A DNA stretch of 64,000 nucleotides from Diadema antillarum. Its lineage: Eukaryota. The translations under genes were made by a program, and so were the position numbers. Location of the stretch: NCBI RefSeq assembly GCF_040938485.1, contig NW_027271213.1, forward strand, positions 2,108,001 to 2,172,000, read 5' to 3'. The notes under the pieces are model-generated. The model made no database searches and was not told the DNA's origin. It worked only from the letters and a program-made list of their open reading frames with translations. Below are positions 11,985 to 24,861 of the stretch, piece by piece. The number at the start of each line of letters is the position of its first letter. Positions within the stretch are counted from its first letter, which is position 1.

Positions 11985-12560
11985 CCAGTGAACACCAAAG
12001 GAAATGAAACCCAAATTCTGATATATGTGGATTGAATGAATGCTGCAACATTAGTAGAACACATCTGCGAGGTTTGAGGAACACTGGACAATTTGATCAA
12101 ATGTTATGAATTTTTAAGTTTAGGTGCCACCATCATTGAATGAGAAGACTGCAGCATTTTGTGACATCACGTATGGAATACAATATGAACAAAATATAGA
12201 GAAGAATATTCAATATATTTCACTTTTCTACTACAATGAAAAAGCACTTGACTTTCCTCTTTCATTTAAAGAAGGGGAAATAATATTACCCTTAATAATA
12301 CATCAGTAACAAGTCAAGGGAATATGCACTTTTTATCAAGAATCAAATTTTGTGGAATTCTGTTTATATTTTCTTTATTTTGTCTTCCATGTGTGAAGTC
12401 ACAAACTGTAGCAGTCTTCTCATCCAGGGGTGCAGAGTTACTTTAAAAATTCATTACTTTTCAACGGATTGTCCCATTTTCATCAAATTTTCTGATGTAT
12501 TCTACTACTAGTAATTGCTACATTCATTTAATGCACATACATTTTGGGGTTTAATTTCCA
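11985..12560. mobile_element. Kolobok-type MITE family B, degenerate copy
   Basis: Shares gcaacattagtagaacacat...ttatgaatttt...gatgagaagact with the 62750 element and has mirrored arms. Boundaries approximate. Confidence 0.65.
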
Positions 12561-14761
12561 TTTAGGAAGACAATCAAGAATCTAGTCTCAAATACACACC
12601 ACACATCATGCAATTGCTTGGACTACTCTAACAGTTAGGCACACATACTTCAAAGGAACAACTAACAGTGTCCACAATGTTATTGACCATAGAAAATGAA
12701 GCATGCCTCGTTTGAAAATGTCAAAACTGTCACAAATTTCATTGTAAGAAAGAGAGATTGAGGACTGGGCTATCAGAACAGCCAGTCTGACATTTTGAAT
12801 CATATTTGGTATTACAAGAAAAGCAGGTCCTTACAGGCATCCGCATACACTCAGATTACCCAGCTACCCTTCACTAAGAGCTTGGTTTGTTTTTGTATCA
12901 TAATATATTTGCGTGTTTTAACTTTGAAAACAGTACAAAATACAGTAGAAAATAACAAATCACTGTGCATCCCATAGCCTTATCATTCATATCACATAAT
13001 CAGGCTTATTCCATTTGAAATTCACACCATATCCTACCATGTCCCCCCCCCCCCCATAAACTATGGGCCGCTTAACTGACATAATTTTAATGCAGAAAAG
13101 AACCAAGAATTGGTCTATGGGGGGGGGGGGGGGGGGGCTTGACCTTTGATCCCTGACCTCAGGTTCATCAAAATAGAGGTTTTCTCCTATAAATTGCTCT
13201 ATTAACACAATGTACAGGCACACCATGTTCCCTCAAATCCTCTCCATTCCTGTTTGGGTCATTTAGTTAAAACATGACTAAATATTCAAATTTCAAACTT
13301 CTGTTTTCCCTTCAGCCTTCAACAACAGACAAATAAACAAGCAATGGATTTTATACAATATTGGCATTGTAGAACATGTATCCACAGACTGATGTAGTTC
13401 TTTAGTGAGTAGTGTTTGCATTGAAGAGTGAACATATGTTGCATAGTACAATATATCATATCATACAAAAACAAAAAACTAAATTTATATTTTGAAGTGA
13501 TCACAAAGTAAAATCCTAGTTCAACCAGTCAAACAAGTAAAGCTGAGCTACATTCTTGAACTCAGTGACAAATTCCATGTACCTGGACTTTTATGTGCAT
13601 ACATAGAGAGAAATAAAATAATGTGGAAACTATAAGAGATTTTTAAAAAAAAATAATAAAAAAGAGAAAATTCATAACAGGCATTTTATTCTAAACTACA
13701 TGAAAAGTTGCATGGAGTCCTTACTTGCATTATACGCTCTACCCAGGTGTTGTAAATGAAGGATATTGTCATTTAATTGAATCATTCCAAAATAAAATAT
13801 ACAAGTAATGGCCCTCGCTAATATGCACTGGATGTATCTTGATCTGGCTTGAATATTGTTTGAATGGGAAAATATATGAGCTGATGTGATTATAATTCAA
13901 TATTTAAATCAGAGAAATCTAAAGTCTCCTCTGGTACATGCAGTAGCTACAAATGCATGGAATGATATAGATAAAGCATCCATAAAGTAGCCATTATAAA
14001 CCATAACGCTGCGAGAACAAAAGTTCTTCATACAACAGGGCAACATTTAGCCAAAGTTATTGTGTACTCTCAAGCCAAACTGGAATGTCAACATATAATA
14101 CCATTTTTTAGCAAAGTCTTTGGTCTGCAAATCATATTTGAAGATGAAGAAAATAACGTATATTGAAAGCAGCTCCTTATTGTTCCCTACACCTTCCAAC
14201 AATATTCAAATTCAATAAATAATCCTCCCTATCACATCTAACTGTAAAAACTGAAACTGTGGTGGCGCTTTTTAATTGCAATAACAACGCATCGACAACG
14301 CTGTGAGGGTGCACAGCCTTAGCTCTATTTGATTGTAAAGGAAAAACATGGACCATTTCTCTATCTCAAAATTACCATAGTTTTGAGGATTTTCTAAGCA
14401 CTTGTTATGTGTTGGGGAAAAGTAATATCAAGTTCAAAGCTCTGAAAATGCATTTCTATTGTGAAGTGACAATGTTTTTAGTCATGGTGAGAAGGGGAAA
14501 AATTAGACGAAATAACCACATATACCCTCTGCCTGTGCATGCTGCACAATAACTTCACATTCCAGAAGTGCACAAGTGAAGACAGAAAGTGTGATCCCGC
14601 TTGCCCTCTGCAGGTTTTGTGTGGGTGAGTAAGATCAACTGCCGAACTAAAACGACTGTTCGCAAATTTTCTGATGAAAAGTCAGTCCAAAACCGTGATG
14701 ATATACGATGAAACTGAAGATATTTTTCTGCGCGCAAAAAAAAAAAAGTGGTGTCGAGACA

Positions 14762-14797
14762 CAAAATGGCTACGAAGTCACTGACTGCGCATGCGCA
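14762..14797. promoter_or_regulatory. YY1-like (CAAAATGGCT) plus perfect NRF1 palindrome (TGCGCATGCGCA)
   Basis: Motif matches at 14762-14771 and 14786-14797; function untested. Confidence 0.4.
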
Positions 14798-16724
14798 AAC
14801 AGGCTCTCATATATTCTCGACCGAGAATTGCGTGATAAAATTATGTGGAACTATCACGGCAATACTGATGCATGATTCTCAAGAATTAACTTCACAACAC
14901 TGCATAAAATATGGTTTGCTCAAGTTTCTAGAAATGATTTTTTTTACATTTGCATATTAGCCTATCATGGTCAGCTTCAGCGTAGAATCATGACGTAGTG
15001 GCACTATCGTTGTCTTTATGCATCAGATTTTTTGAGAGACAGGTCTGACACTTCATAGGGTTGTTTTGAAGGGTTTTCAGTTTGAATAGATGCTATCTCT
15101 TTTGAAAATGCATCTTTTAACAGTTACAGCAATTATGACATTTGGTACTGTTGCTATCGTATGTATATTCTATTACAGTCTTTCCTTTTCTTGAGCACAT
15201 GGGGACATACACGTACGTGTATACTGTACATGTAAACTGTGTTACAACGTATGTCTAATGTGCTATGTAATTATTATCATTACAGGGCTGTAAAGATATC
15301 AATGGTTAACATATGGCTGATATGCATTACTAGAGGTTTACGATATAATTTAAGTTCAAAGTTCACGGTTACAACTTATCTAATCATTCACCCTTCATTC
15401 TAAGATTTAAAGTTTGTCTCAGTAACCTAACATGCTTTGCTCAAAGATTGGCAAGCACACTGGAGGGCTGAAAACAGACTGTCAACGGATAAAGATTACC
15501 TAATCCCCCTAATCCAGATTGTGTCGCCATGGCCTTCCTGTTGGACTGAGGCACAGTTCTTCACTATTAAAAGTGGGCTTGCTAACTTTACAACTGGATC
15601 AAACTTGGACGGACCACTGACTGCTGATGAAGAAGCTCTAAAATATAGACAAAGTGAATGGGCACACAGAAGGTTCACCCCTTGTTCTTACTGTGCATTC
15701 AGTTTCTGGTTAGTGTATAACAATTCCTGCAGCTGACTTGTCAAAGTGGTTGAACTCTTGCACAAGAACAAAGATACCAGTCTGAACCTCTCCCAATTAT
15801 CATCGTTTGGTGTTATTTGTTTTGTTTTACTTCTTCTTTTTTTCCAGGAGGCATAAATCACTTTCTTTTAAGTGGCCTGAAAAGTAGACTATTCAATGAC
15901 CTTTGACATATATCTCAACCATTTCAAATCTTATGTAAGACAATTTTTAAAGTGGACCTGTTGGAGCACAGGATGAACTCGACTAACACACGTTTTATTC
16001 TACGGATGCAGTGCTGCACTCTGAACAATGTGAAATTCATCACAGGTGACAATCAACAGAGAACAAACTCAAAATAAAAGTTGGCATGACCATGCAGACA
16101 CCTGCATTAAAACGAAACAAAAAAGCCAAACGTCACAGCTCAATCTAATTCCTACATGACTGAAAAAATACTCCAATTTGTTCCTTTCCAAACCAGAGAG
16201 GCAAAAAACTGTAGAAGTCAAGTATATTTCATAGTATCTACGTAACATGAAAAACATACTTTGTTTAATTTAGGCTCAGTTCTGGGAGAAAATACGAAAG
16301 AAATATTCCCAAAGTGAATTCCTCTTAAAGCATTGAGAACTCATTGCAGTCCTGCAAAATGATTTTTGTGCTTGGATAGCTAATATTCCAAATTTTGAAA
16401 ATATATGTCACAAAAGTAAACTATGAGGTAATATGAATACAAAATCAAACTGCAAATCAATGTTGCCAAAACATTCCACACATACAGGTGGTGACCAGCA
16501 GGTGAAGAACATTCAGAATACTAATGAAGGTCTCACAGCCACTCCAAAATAACATTTCAAAGCCCAAGGAAAGAATATTTTGTATAATCTCAATGACAAA
16601 TGTCATCATCTGATGCACATTGCATTGCTTTGAGTTTTATCAGTAACAACTGCATGGTACTATCATTGCAGTTGTGTATTGTATTATTTCTTTAGTTTTC
16701 AAAGCATCTTGAAACAAGCACATG

Positions 16725-16755
<31 letters not shown>

Positions 16756-18596
16756 GCCTCTCTGGCTTAGGGACAGGCATGGCATCGCAAGGTACAACAC
16801 AGGAAAAAAAAAAATCAGAAGACTGGTAACACATTTCACTCACCTTCTGCATATCCACCACATTATTGTATTCACTGAGAGTGTGAATGGAACTCATCCA
16901 CGGCTGTGCACACTGAGACAGTGCGGTGAAATATAAATGCCATTGACAATTAAGATACAACCATACGGTTTATCTCCCAAACAAAGAAACAAACACGACA
17001 AACAAAAACCAAAACACCAGTACTCAAGTGCTGAAACACAGTAAGGTGCCGGACACAGTATTAGCTTCTATTTGTTACAAACACTATCCCTTTTTTTTTT
17101 TCTTCTTAATTTTTGTGAGACAGTTGGGGAAGGTTATACACACTTATTCTGGAATACACCACAGAAAGAGCAATAATGGAGCTGTTTGTTTTGTTTTTTT
17201 TTCTCCTTCAACACACACACATTAATCGCAGGCTTTAATCAACGAACAAAACGATCACAACAAAACGCAACTCGAGAAACACGTCATGTCTTTCCCCTTC
17301 ACTTTAACAGGCAACCAAGTGATGTTACTTTGGCTGAAATGTGTCAAGCAATACGCTTTCTTTTCCGATTTTATAAGCAGTACGGAAGCGAGATTTGCAT
17401 TACATTATCGAATGCCATAATTGAAATAAGCTGAAAGAACTGAGTTCCTACAATTTGTATGACATGATTAGAATGTCATAAAGAAAAGAAAAAAAATATG
17501 TAAATGAAGCAAAACTTATAATGATAAATGAGTAGAACTTTCGCTATTTCATTGCAAGAAGTTTGTTCATCTGGGAAACAAAAGTATAGCGTAAAATTAA
17601 CTGCCATTTTGATTTTCTAGCAATGCCCAAATTCAACATGATGGCTGATAAGAGCAAGATTGTGAGCCAAGTGAATTATCATTATCTAAATTTTCCTGTT
17701 CATTTCCAGTCATTGAAGACTGTAGCAAACAGCAGTAAAATACTATCATAGTTTACCAGGGACTTAGTGGACTTCATATGATGTCCCCATTGATTAAATT
17801 TCAGTGCTTCTATTACTTCACACTCACAAAAGGACTACAAAAAAAAAAGCCTGGATAATCTAGCAAAAAAAAAAACTTTGTGCATGCTTTTGCGTATTAT
17901 AAAGTTTGTGCCACATTACTTTATTTCTAGATCCTTAACAATTGAGCAGATAGGTAAAAAATTTATCTACACGTACAGTATACTGTAAAATTTGAGAAAC
18001 ACAAGAATTTGTTGAAATTTTCCAAAATTTTGTTTAATATTTATCTATAGATTACTTGTAATGAATTTGTTTGAGAGAAGGACTGTTATATCCACATAGT
18101 TGGCATTTTCAAATTTTGCTCACCTTTCCTAGCGTACTTGTACGCACTTTAGATCTTCCAAACTAGATCCCATCAAAATTTGGCTATAAGATGTCAAATA
18201 CCAGAATATCACCATTAAAACAAAACTACTTTTGATATGCATAAAATCCCACATTTCCAACCTTCTCTTCCCATTCTTGGTTTCATTTCTACACCAGCAA
18301 AAACCTTCCTCCGAAATGAGCAGTGTTGAACACATGTCAAATGCTCAAATATTACACCAAAAATAACATACTGTTCAAATTTTCTGCACGACCAAACTTT
18401 CTCCCACTTTTCAAAGCTAGCTTTTCATTCACATTCACAGCACAATATCAGAAAATGAAAAGTGTCAAACTTTGGCTGAGTACATTATGTGGCCAAAAGT
18501 CAAAGTGAGCATTCACTCACACATGTGTACACACACACACACACACATTTGAAAAAAAATCTCAAATTGTTCTGCGCTTCCAATGCCCCCTCTCAC

Positions 18597-18712
18597 CTTC
18601 CGTAGTTGCTCGATTCTCTCCAGCTCTTCCGCCCACTTAGTTCTCTCTCTCTTGGCGGTGAAGTTTGTCTGTAGGCCCTCACCGACCCCTTTGCCCCCTC
18701 CTATATTGAAGG
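18597..18712 (-). CDS. LRCH: LRCH exon K: FNIGGGKGVGEGLQTNFTAKRERTKWAEELERIEQLRK
   Basis: ttttccag acceptor, AAG|gtgaga donor, 116 nt. Matches the FT.RR..E...EE...EQLR helix that precedes the LRCH CH domain. Confidence 0.93.
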
Positions 18713-19601
18713 CTGGAAAAAAAAAAAGCAAAAGACATTTCTGATACCATGGGGTTACACGTCCATCCGGATTCATCTTACTCGCCTCGCTTTAAAAAAA
18801 AAAATTGTCACTAACAATTTGACACAAAACACTTATGCTTAACAAGAGGGATGATGACTCACAATTTTCTGATCATACCAGACATGGACACGACCAAGAA
18901 AAAACAAAACAAAACAAAAGAAAACTTGACATGCTGTGTGAGTCTCTTGATATTTGACTTTACAATTTCATCTTTAAAAAAAAATAAATAAATAAAGGAA
19001 AAATCCAGGTAAAAATTTAGGGAGAGATTAAGAGATTTTCAAATACTCTGTTCTCATTCTGCAAAAGCACAGATGTTAACCGATTAGTGAAATTTGCATC
19101 GATTTGAACATTAGTCCAGATTTGTATCTTGTAATTAAAGAAACTGTCATCTATACTAACGACAATGTTAATACAGAAAATCCTTATTTGCATCTCCTTT
19201 TTTACTACTTTAAAAAGTTATTATTTTACAAAGTTCAGAGAAATTACCCAGTTAAATCAATTACAAACACAAAGTGTCTCAAAAACAGCAATCTGCAATA
19301 CCAAAGGAAAGTTGATGGGTATGCTACATGTAAGTTGTGAAGTTATTTATCTCAGCATGAACAATATGAATTATCATATCACTTTGTGAAACTCTCATAA
19401 ATGTTATGTAATTCAACCTGCTTGTATATTAACAAGCTCCCTTGAATGTAAAAGAATGCTCTTTTACTGCAACGTAACAAAATCGTTCAGGTGCTGCTCA
19501 TGACATTGCTCGTTATGACTATGTGTCTCATTATGTTGCTCTCCTCATTTGACCTTTATCTGCTCACACACAGAATGTAATTTCACTTTGGCTTGTCATC
19601 A

Positions 19602-19798
19602 TTAAAGGAGACCTTTGGATGATTTTCAGACTTTTACATTTGAACAAATATAAATTGGTTATGCTGGGTACAGAGTTTCAGAATCTATAGTGATTGGGAT
19701 GATGAATAAGGACCACAATAAATTCCACAAATCTGAACTTGTCAATTAATGTACTACATGATATGAAATTATGACAATCGTCTGGAATGCCCCTTTAA
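19602..19798. mobile_element. Short TTAA-flanked (Kolobok-type) MITE
   Basis: ttaaaggagacc.ttggatgatt ... aatcgtctggaatgcccctttaa. A similar right end (tctggaattcccctttaa) occurs at ~20471-20488. Confidence 0.65.
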
Positions 19799-19812
19799 TC
19801 ACTGATTCTTAC

Positions 19813-19915
19813 CTGATCTAGGTTTTATACTGCTAAAAGCTGACCCGGGTGAGTTTTTGGAATTGTTTGATGCGGTGTCTTCTTTCTTCCCCGTCGGTGA
19901 CATGGACGTCCGGGT
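19813..19915 (-). CDS. LRCH: LRCH exon J: TRTSMSPTGKKEDTASNNSKNSPGSAFSSIKPRS(A)
   Basis: ctttgcag acceptor, G|gtaaga donor, 103 nt, phase 0 to 1; KPRS motif. Confidence 0.9.
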
Positions 19916-20528
19916 CTGCAAAGGCATCGAAGAGGTAAATGTTGAAAATAGATGAAAAAAAAAATCACTTTGTTGATAGGGAGGGAAGAGATGCTTACAT
20001 CATATCACAAAAATTAAAGATAATCTATATTCATTATGTTCCCACAAAGCATAGTAAATCTGTATACAAGGTATTCACTTTGAAGCCTATCTCTTTTCAC
20101 TTGACATTTCACATTGCCCAATTAATTTCCATCATCTCTATTCTATCCTACTTTGATCAAATGTTCACTGTTGTGCTTGCAAAATTTTAGTCTTTCTTTT
20201 CAGACTACTCCATATGCAACATAATAGCGAGTCTATTTTCTTTGCCACTCATGAATCCCTGACAATTTTACAGAAGGATAAATTCTCAGTCATGGAGAAC
20301 AGCCATGACCAAAAGAAATGTACATGTATGTGTGCACGTGGCATTCATTTTGAGATCAGAGTTTAGTAAATTTGCACTTCGTTAAATTTGCGAATAGTAC
20401 CCGACTCACAAAATTTGTGAAAACGAAAACCTAGCAAAATATATGCCAAATAAAGTAATTTTTATAGTGGTCTGGAATTCCCCTTTAACTGAAAAGATGA
20501 TGATTTATGGTCAATGGGTCAGCAGTAC

Positions 20529-20718
20529 CTTGTAGAAGTTGAGTACTGCGTCCCTCTGGGCCTGCTTTGTCCGATTCTTCTCCTCCAGTTCCGTCCTCTT
20601 GGTCACCTGGGCCTTGTGCCTCTCGGGCGAGATCTGACCACCCCCGACCAGGCCAGCATCCGAGTCTGATGCTCTCTTGACCTTTCCGTTGGACATCGGC
20701 AGTGAGTGGTTGATGTTG
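20529..20718 (-). CDS. LRCH: LRCH exon I: NINHSLPMSNGK...KQAQRDAVLNFYK
   Basis: ctctatag acceptor, AAG|gtactg donor, 190 nt. Q.DAVLNF.K resembles the conserved LRCH pre-CH helix. Confidence 0.9.
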
Positions 20719-20964
20719 CTATAGAGAAGAGGAAAGAATGATAGGATAAAATTGAATCTCTAACAGATATTTATTGGAAAATAGAGACAATGAACGCTGG
20801 TACCAACAGCATAACTGCGAGGAAGGATTATCAATCTTTTTATATTTTCACAGCATAAATGTTACAAATCAAGTTCTCAAACACCTTAACCTCACACTGT
20901 ATTTACAGAATACAACACTATGCTTTAGTATATGTCATAACACCTAATTGTACCTAATATACCA

Positions 20965-21240
20965 AATATCACATTATATCATTTCATATTCTATTCTATT
21001 CTATTCTATTATATCATATTATATATTATATTTTATTATATTATATTTTATCTTATCTTATCTTATTATATCATATTATATATTATATCATATCATATCA
21101 TATCATATCATATCATATTATATTATATTATATCATATCATATCATATCATATCATATTGTATTATATCATATTATATTGAATTATATTATATTATATTA
21201 CATTATATTATATTATATTCCATTACATGTGATATCATAT
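20965..21240. repeat. (TATCA/TATTA)n pentanucleotide tract
   Basis: Seen directly. Confidence 0.95.
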
Positions 21241-22715
21241 TGTGCTAAATCAGGAAAAATTAATCATTATCCCACATTTCATTTTATCACATACTTAGAC
21301 ATATTGTAAAACCTACTTTCATGGACATTTTAATATTAAGCTTCTCAACAACAAGAATATTCTGCCAGGTGTTAATACAAAACATGTTGCTTTTTACAAA
21401 GTGCTATGATTTATGTTAATCAGAAGAGAGTGCAAAAGAGTAGCGCACAAACTTGGTCAATGTTAGTAATATAACACAAACAAATCCACAGCAAAACACA
21501 CGATGCTGTAGTTCAAACTCCCTCGGGGTTACCATGCCAACCAAAACAGTAACACCTACAAGTGCATTAGGATGCATGCCTGCTAGATATTGCCCCGAGT
21601 CTATGGCTTAATAGATTTGAGCAGAATTGCCAGTGGACATTCAAATCTAAGAAATTATCTGTATTCAATGACTTAAAATAATTGATTAAGTATTACACTT
21701 TTCATTACAACGCACAGGTTTAATAGGCATCAAGAGCAATGCAACTTTACACATTGGGTAATTTAATGTTGGTGCTAGAGCTAATGTTAGTACTACGTAT
21801 CTCAACAATAGCACTGGGGATAACACCGACCTTGAAATCAGTTCGTTTTAGTAGGTTGACCTCAAAATTCTGATGTATTTTTTGGGGTGTTGGGATCGAT
21901 AATTGTGATCAGTACCACTTGCATTTAATTTGACTGTCAGTGTTTATTAGAGCTTGATTCAAGGCAGTTGTTTGGGAGATAGCACTACCACCTGCACTAG
22001 CACTGAACTTGAAATCACCAAATGAAGGTATACATAGGTTTGATAATACAACAATGTTTGTGTTGTTATCTGTATTGTATGGGTATGATTCTTGCATTGT
22101 TACAACATCAATAATTCTCTGTGAAATTCATAACTTTGGTAGCTGGGCCTCTGGAAGCTTTGATATCTAAAACACATTACAACTTATCAAACAGAATGAA
22201 ATAGGGCTACATAAACCATTAAATCATTAATGCAATATGATATACACTGTACATGCCATAAATACAATGTAGTTATGATCTTGTTATGCATGTGCTATTA
22301 AACCAGTGATGTTGTTTATAAAATCATAGAACTGATGCTGTTACGCGTGAGCTGTTAAATCATTGCTTTTGTTATACTGCTGCTTTTGAATCAATGACAT
22401 TGCTATACAGCTGCTTCTGAATTATAAATGCTGTTAATATACAGGTGTCATAATATTACTGATGATGTTATACAGGTGTTGCGATATTACTGATGATATA
22501 CAAGTGCTGTTAGTCATTGATGTCGTTAAATAAAGGGCCATTATATCGTTGGTGTTATAGTACAAGTGCAATCAAGATATTGATGTTATTATTAAACGTG
22601 TTCCGTTGAGTCATGGACACTGTTACCCAGGTGTCATTAAGTGGATGATGTCGCTGTAGAAGGGTCATTAAACATCACAGACGTTGTTAGGGAGGAGTTG
22701 AATGGTCCATCTTAC

Positions 22716-22793
22716 CCATACTTATCTCCCGTCGACGCCCTCTTGCTGTCTGCCGAACCTCCGACCGTTGCCCGCCGCGGAACCTTCTTATCA
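22716..22793 (-). CDS. LRCH: LRCH exon H (phase 2-2): DKKVPRRATVGGSADSKRASTGDKY(G)
   Basis: ccttttag acceptor, GG|gtaaga donor, 78 nt GC-rich island with matching phases. Confidence 0.75.
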
Positions 22794-24795
22794 CTAAAAG
22801 GTGGAGAAACAAAGGCTGGATCATTTCCTAACCACACCCTATTATGTATTTCCCCACAGAACATCACCATATAAAATTGGATAACATCAATGATGATGTC
22901 TACGTAGTTCTAATAATGAGTCTTCCACCGGGGGAACTGATCAGTTACAAATTCTGCTCGTGAAGCTCTAAGTGTAGGTGTAAAGTGAGCACAAAGGTGT
23001 GAAAATGTTTCACCTTTATCTCACTATAATATACCAGTTGTTTGTGACATCATGGCAATAATGGATGTACATGGGGACCACTACTACTGCTAGATCTCTA
23101 CAAAAGATTCCTCTCAATAGCTACCACGAGGAAAATAGCAGGATGAAGTATAAAAGGAGGATGGGGGGGGGGGGGAAGGGGAAAGTGGGGAGGGACTTAA
23201 GCCAGAAATATGACAGCTATGCCACATAATGCATCAATCAATGTTGGTTTCATATGAATAACGCTAAGGCCACTGCACCAACTAAAGGATATCATCTATC
23301 ATGAAATGATGCCCGCTTTTGAAATATACACGTGTATATGATCTGTAATCAAAATGAGGAAATGGCCAGTAAATTATCAAGAGAAGAACCAAAGGCAATG
23401 TGTGTGTGCTAACCATGTAGTCCTGAGCCTGGACACTTTCAAAATTATCAAAGGAATAAAAGTGGACTAGAAGTAAAGCATGTAATATCTTAAGACTGAA
23501 CATTAAGGTTTGTGCTCTATCTATAACTGATAATCGAGAGGGGGGGGGGGGGATTACCGGGTTTCTGATGCTCTCACTCAACATGTGTTCAATTTTCTTT
23601 TGATGTCAAACCATGGACAGTACACTAACATGAGAGCATTCAGAGTTCTGAGTTCAGTGCTTCACACTGTACTTTTCCAGAAGGTGTGAGAGAAACAAAA
23701 CCAGCATTCTAATGCTGCCCAGTCACCGTAAACTGTCACCATTTGTGGAAAAAAATCACCCACTAATTTGCGGAACAACACAAAACGTTTCAAAAGAGAT
23801 GTAGTAGATAGAAATGAAAGAGTGGTAGTGTAACGCTGACCTCACTCCTACTGTTCACTGCAAATTTGCTAGAGAAAAAGAGAGAGTAGAAAAATTTTAC
23901 TGAAATCATGCTTAGAAAGCAATCCGGATCCCTCTCTATACAGACATTGTAGCTTTCATGTGTTTTGAGGTGAGTACACCATGTGACCCATTAGCATGAT
24001 TATTCGGTTAAGTCCCAAACGGTAAAGCAAAGAAAAAAAATTGCCACAAGAGATTTTTTGGGGAAAATATGAATTTTGATATTTGTTTGAAAAAACAACA
24101 ACAAAATAAATAAATCTCTGTGGGATTTCTTTGTCTTTTTTAAAGGTAAAAAAAATATGGACATCACTGAAAAAGTACAACTGCAAAAGTAAGAAAGTCA
24201 ATAATAGGGAGACCAAACGGGCTCTCAATGAGAGAGGTTACATATAAAATGCATCTCCACTTTTATGTAATTCACATAAAGCTACAAGAAGTAGTATTGC
24301 CCAGTATATCAACTGGCTGATAGTGGACTCTCATTTCAGGAATCTCCACGAGATATAGCTAACTGTGTTTCCTGTGACACAGACCTACATTTGTATTTTA
24401 TCCACAAACATTTCTGAATCCTATACAAAGCCTTCTGAGACATTTGCTCAGCTTACAACCAGAGACTTGTCCAAGGCTTGCCCAACAGAGCAACACCAAT
24501 TCCACAACAGAAAAGGAGATTTACCTAAGTAGTGATTTGTAAGCGGCAAGAACAGGTGACCACTAGCTTGGACGAGGTCTCCAGGGAAAAAAAGGATTTT
24601 AATACTTTATAGGTATAATACACACACGTGTCCCTTTTTATCACGATAGGTTGATAAATGTGACTACCCAGAGATGGGGACTGAGTTCCCCTATAACCCG
24701 CTGCTCACTTCAACACGACACACTTGTACACTTGATGTAACTGTTTGACACTTCCTCGCACGACGAGGATCCACAGTATTTCCGTGACTACTTAC

Positions 24796-24861
24796 ACATA
24801 CAGAGACTTGGGTCTCCCAATGCTCGTCGACGTCGAACTGGCCGATGACAAGGTTCTTCTA
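24796..24861 (-). CDS. LRCH: LRCH exon G (phase 2-2): RRTLSSASSTSTSIGRPKSLY(V)
   Basis: Strong GT|gtaagt donor; acceptor catgTAG; 66 nt in frame. The 5' boundary is uncertain (see findings on the alternative first exon and tandem AGs). Confidence 0.6.
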
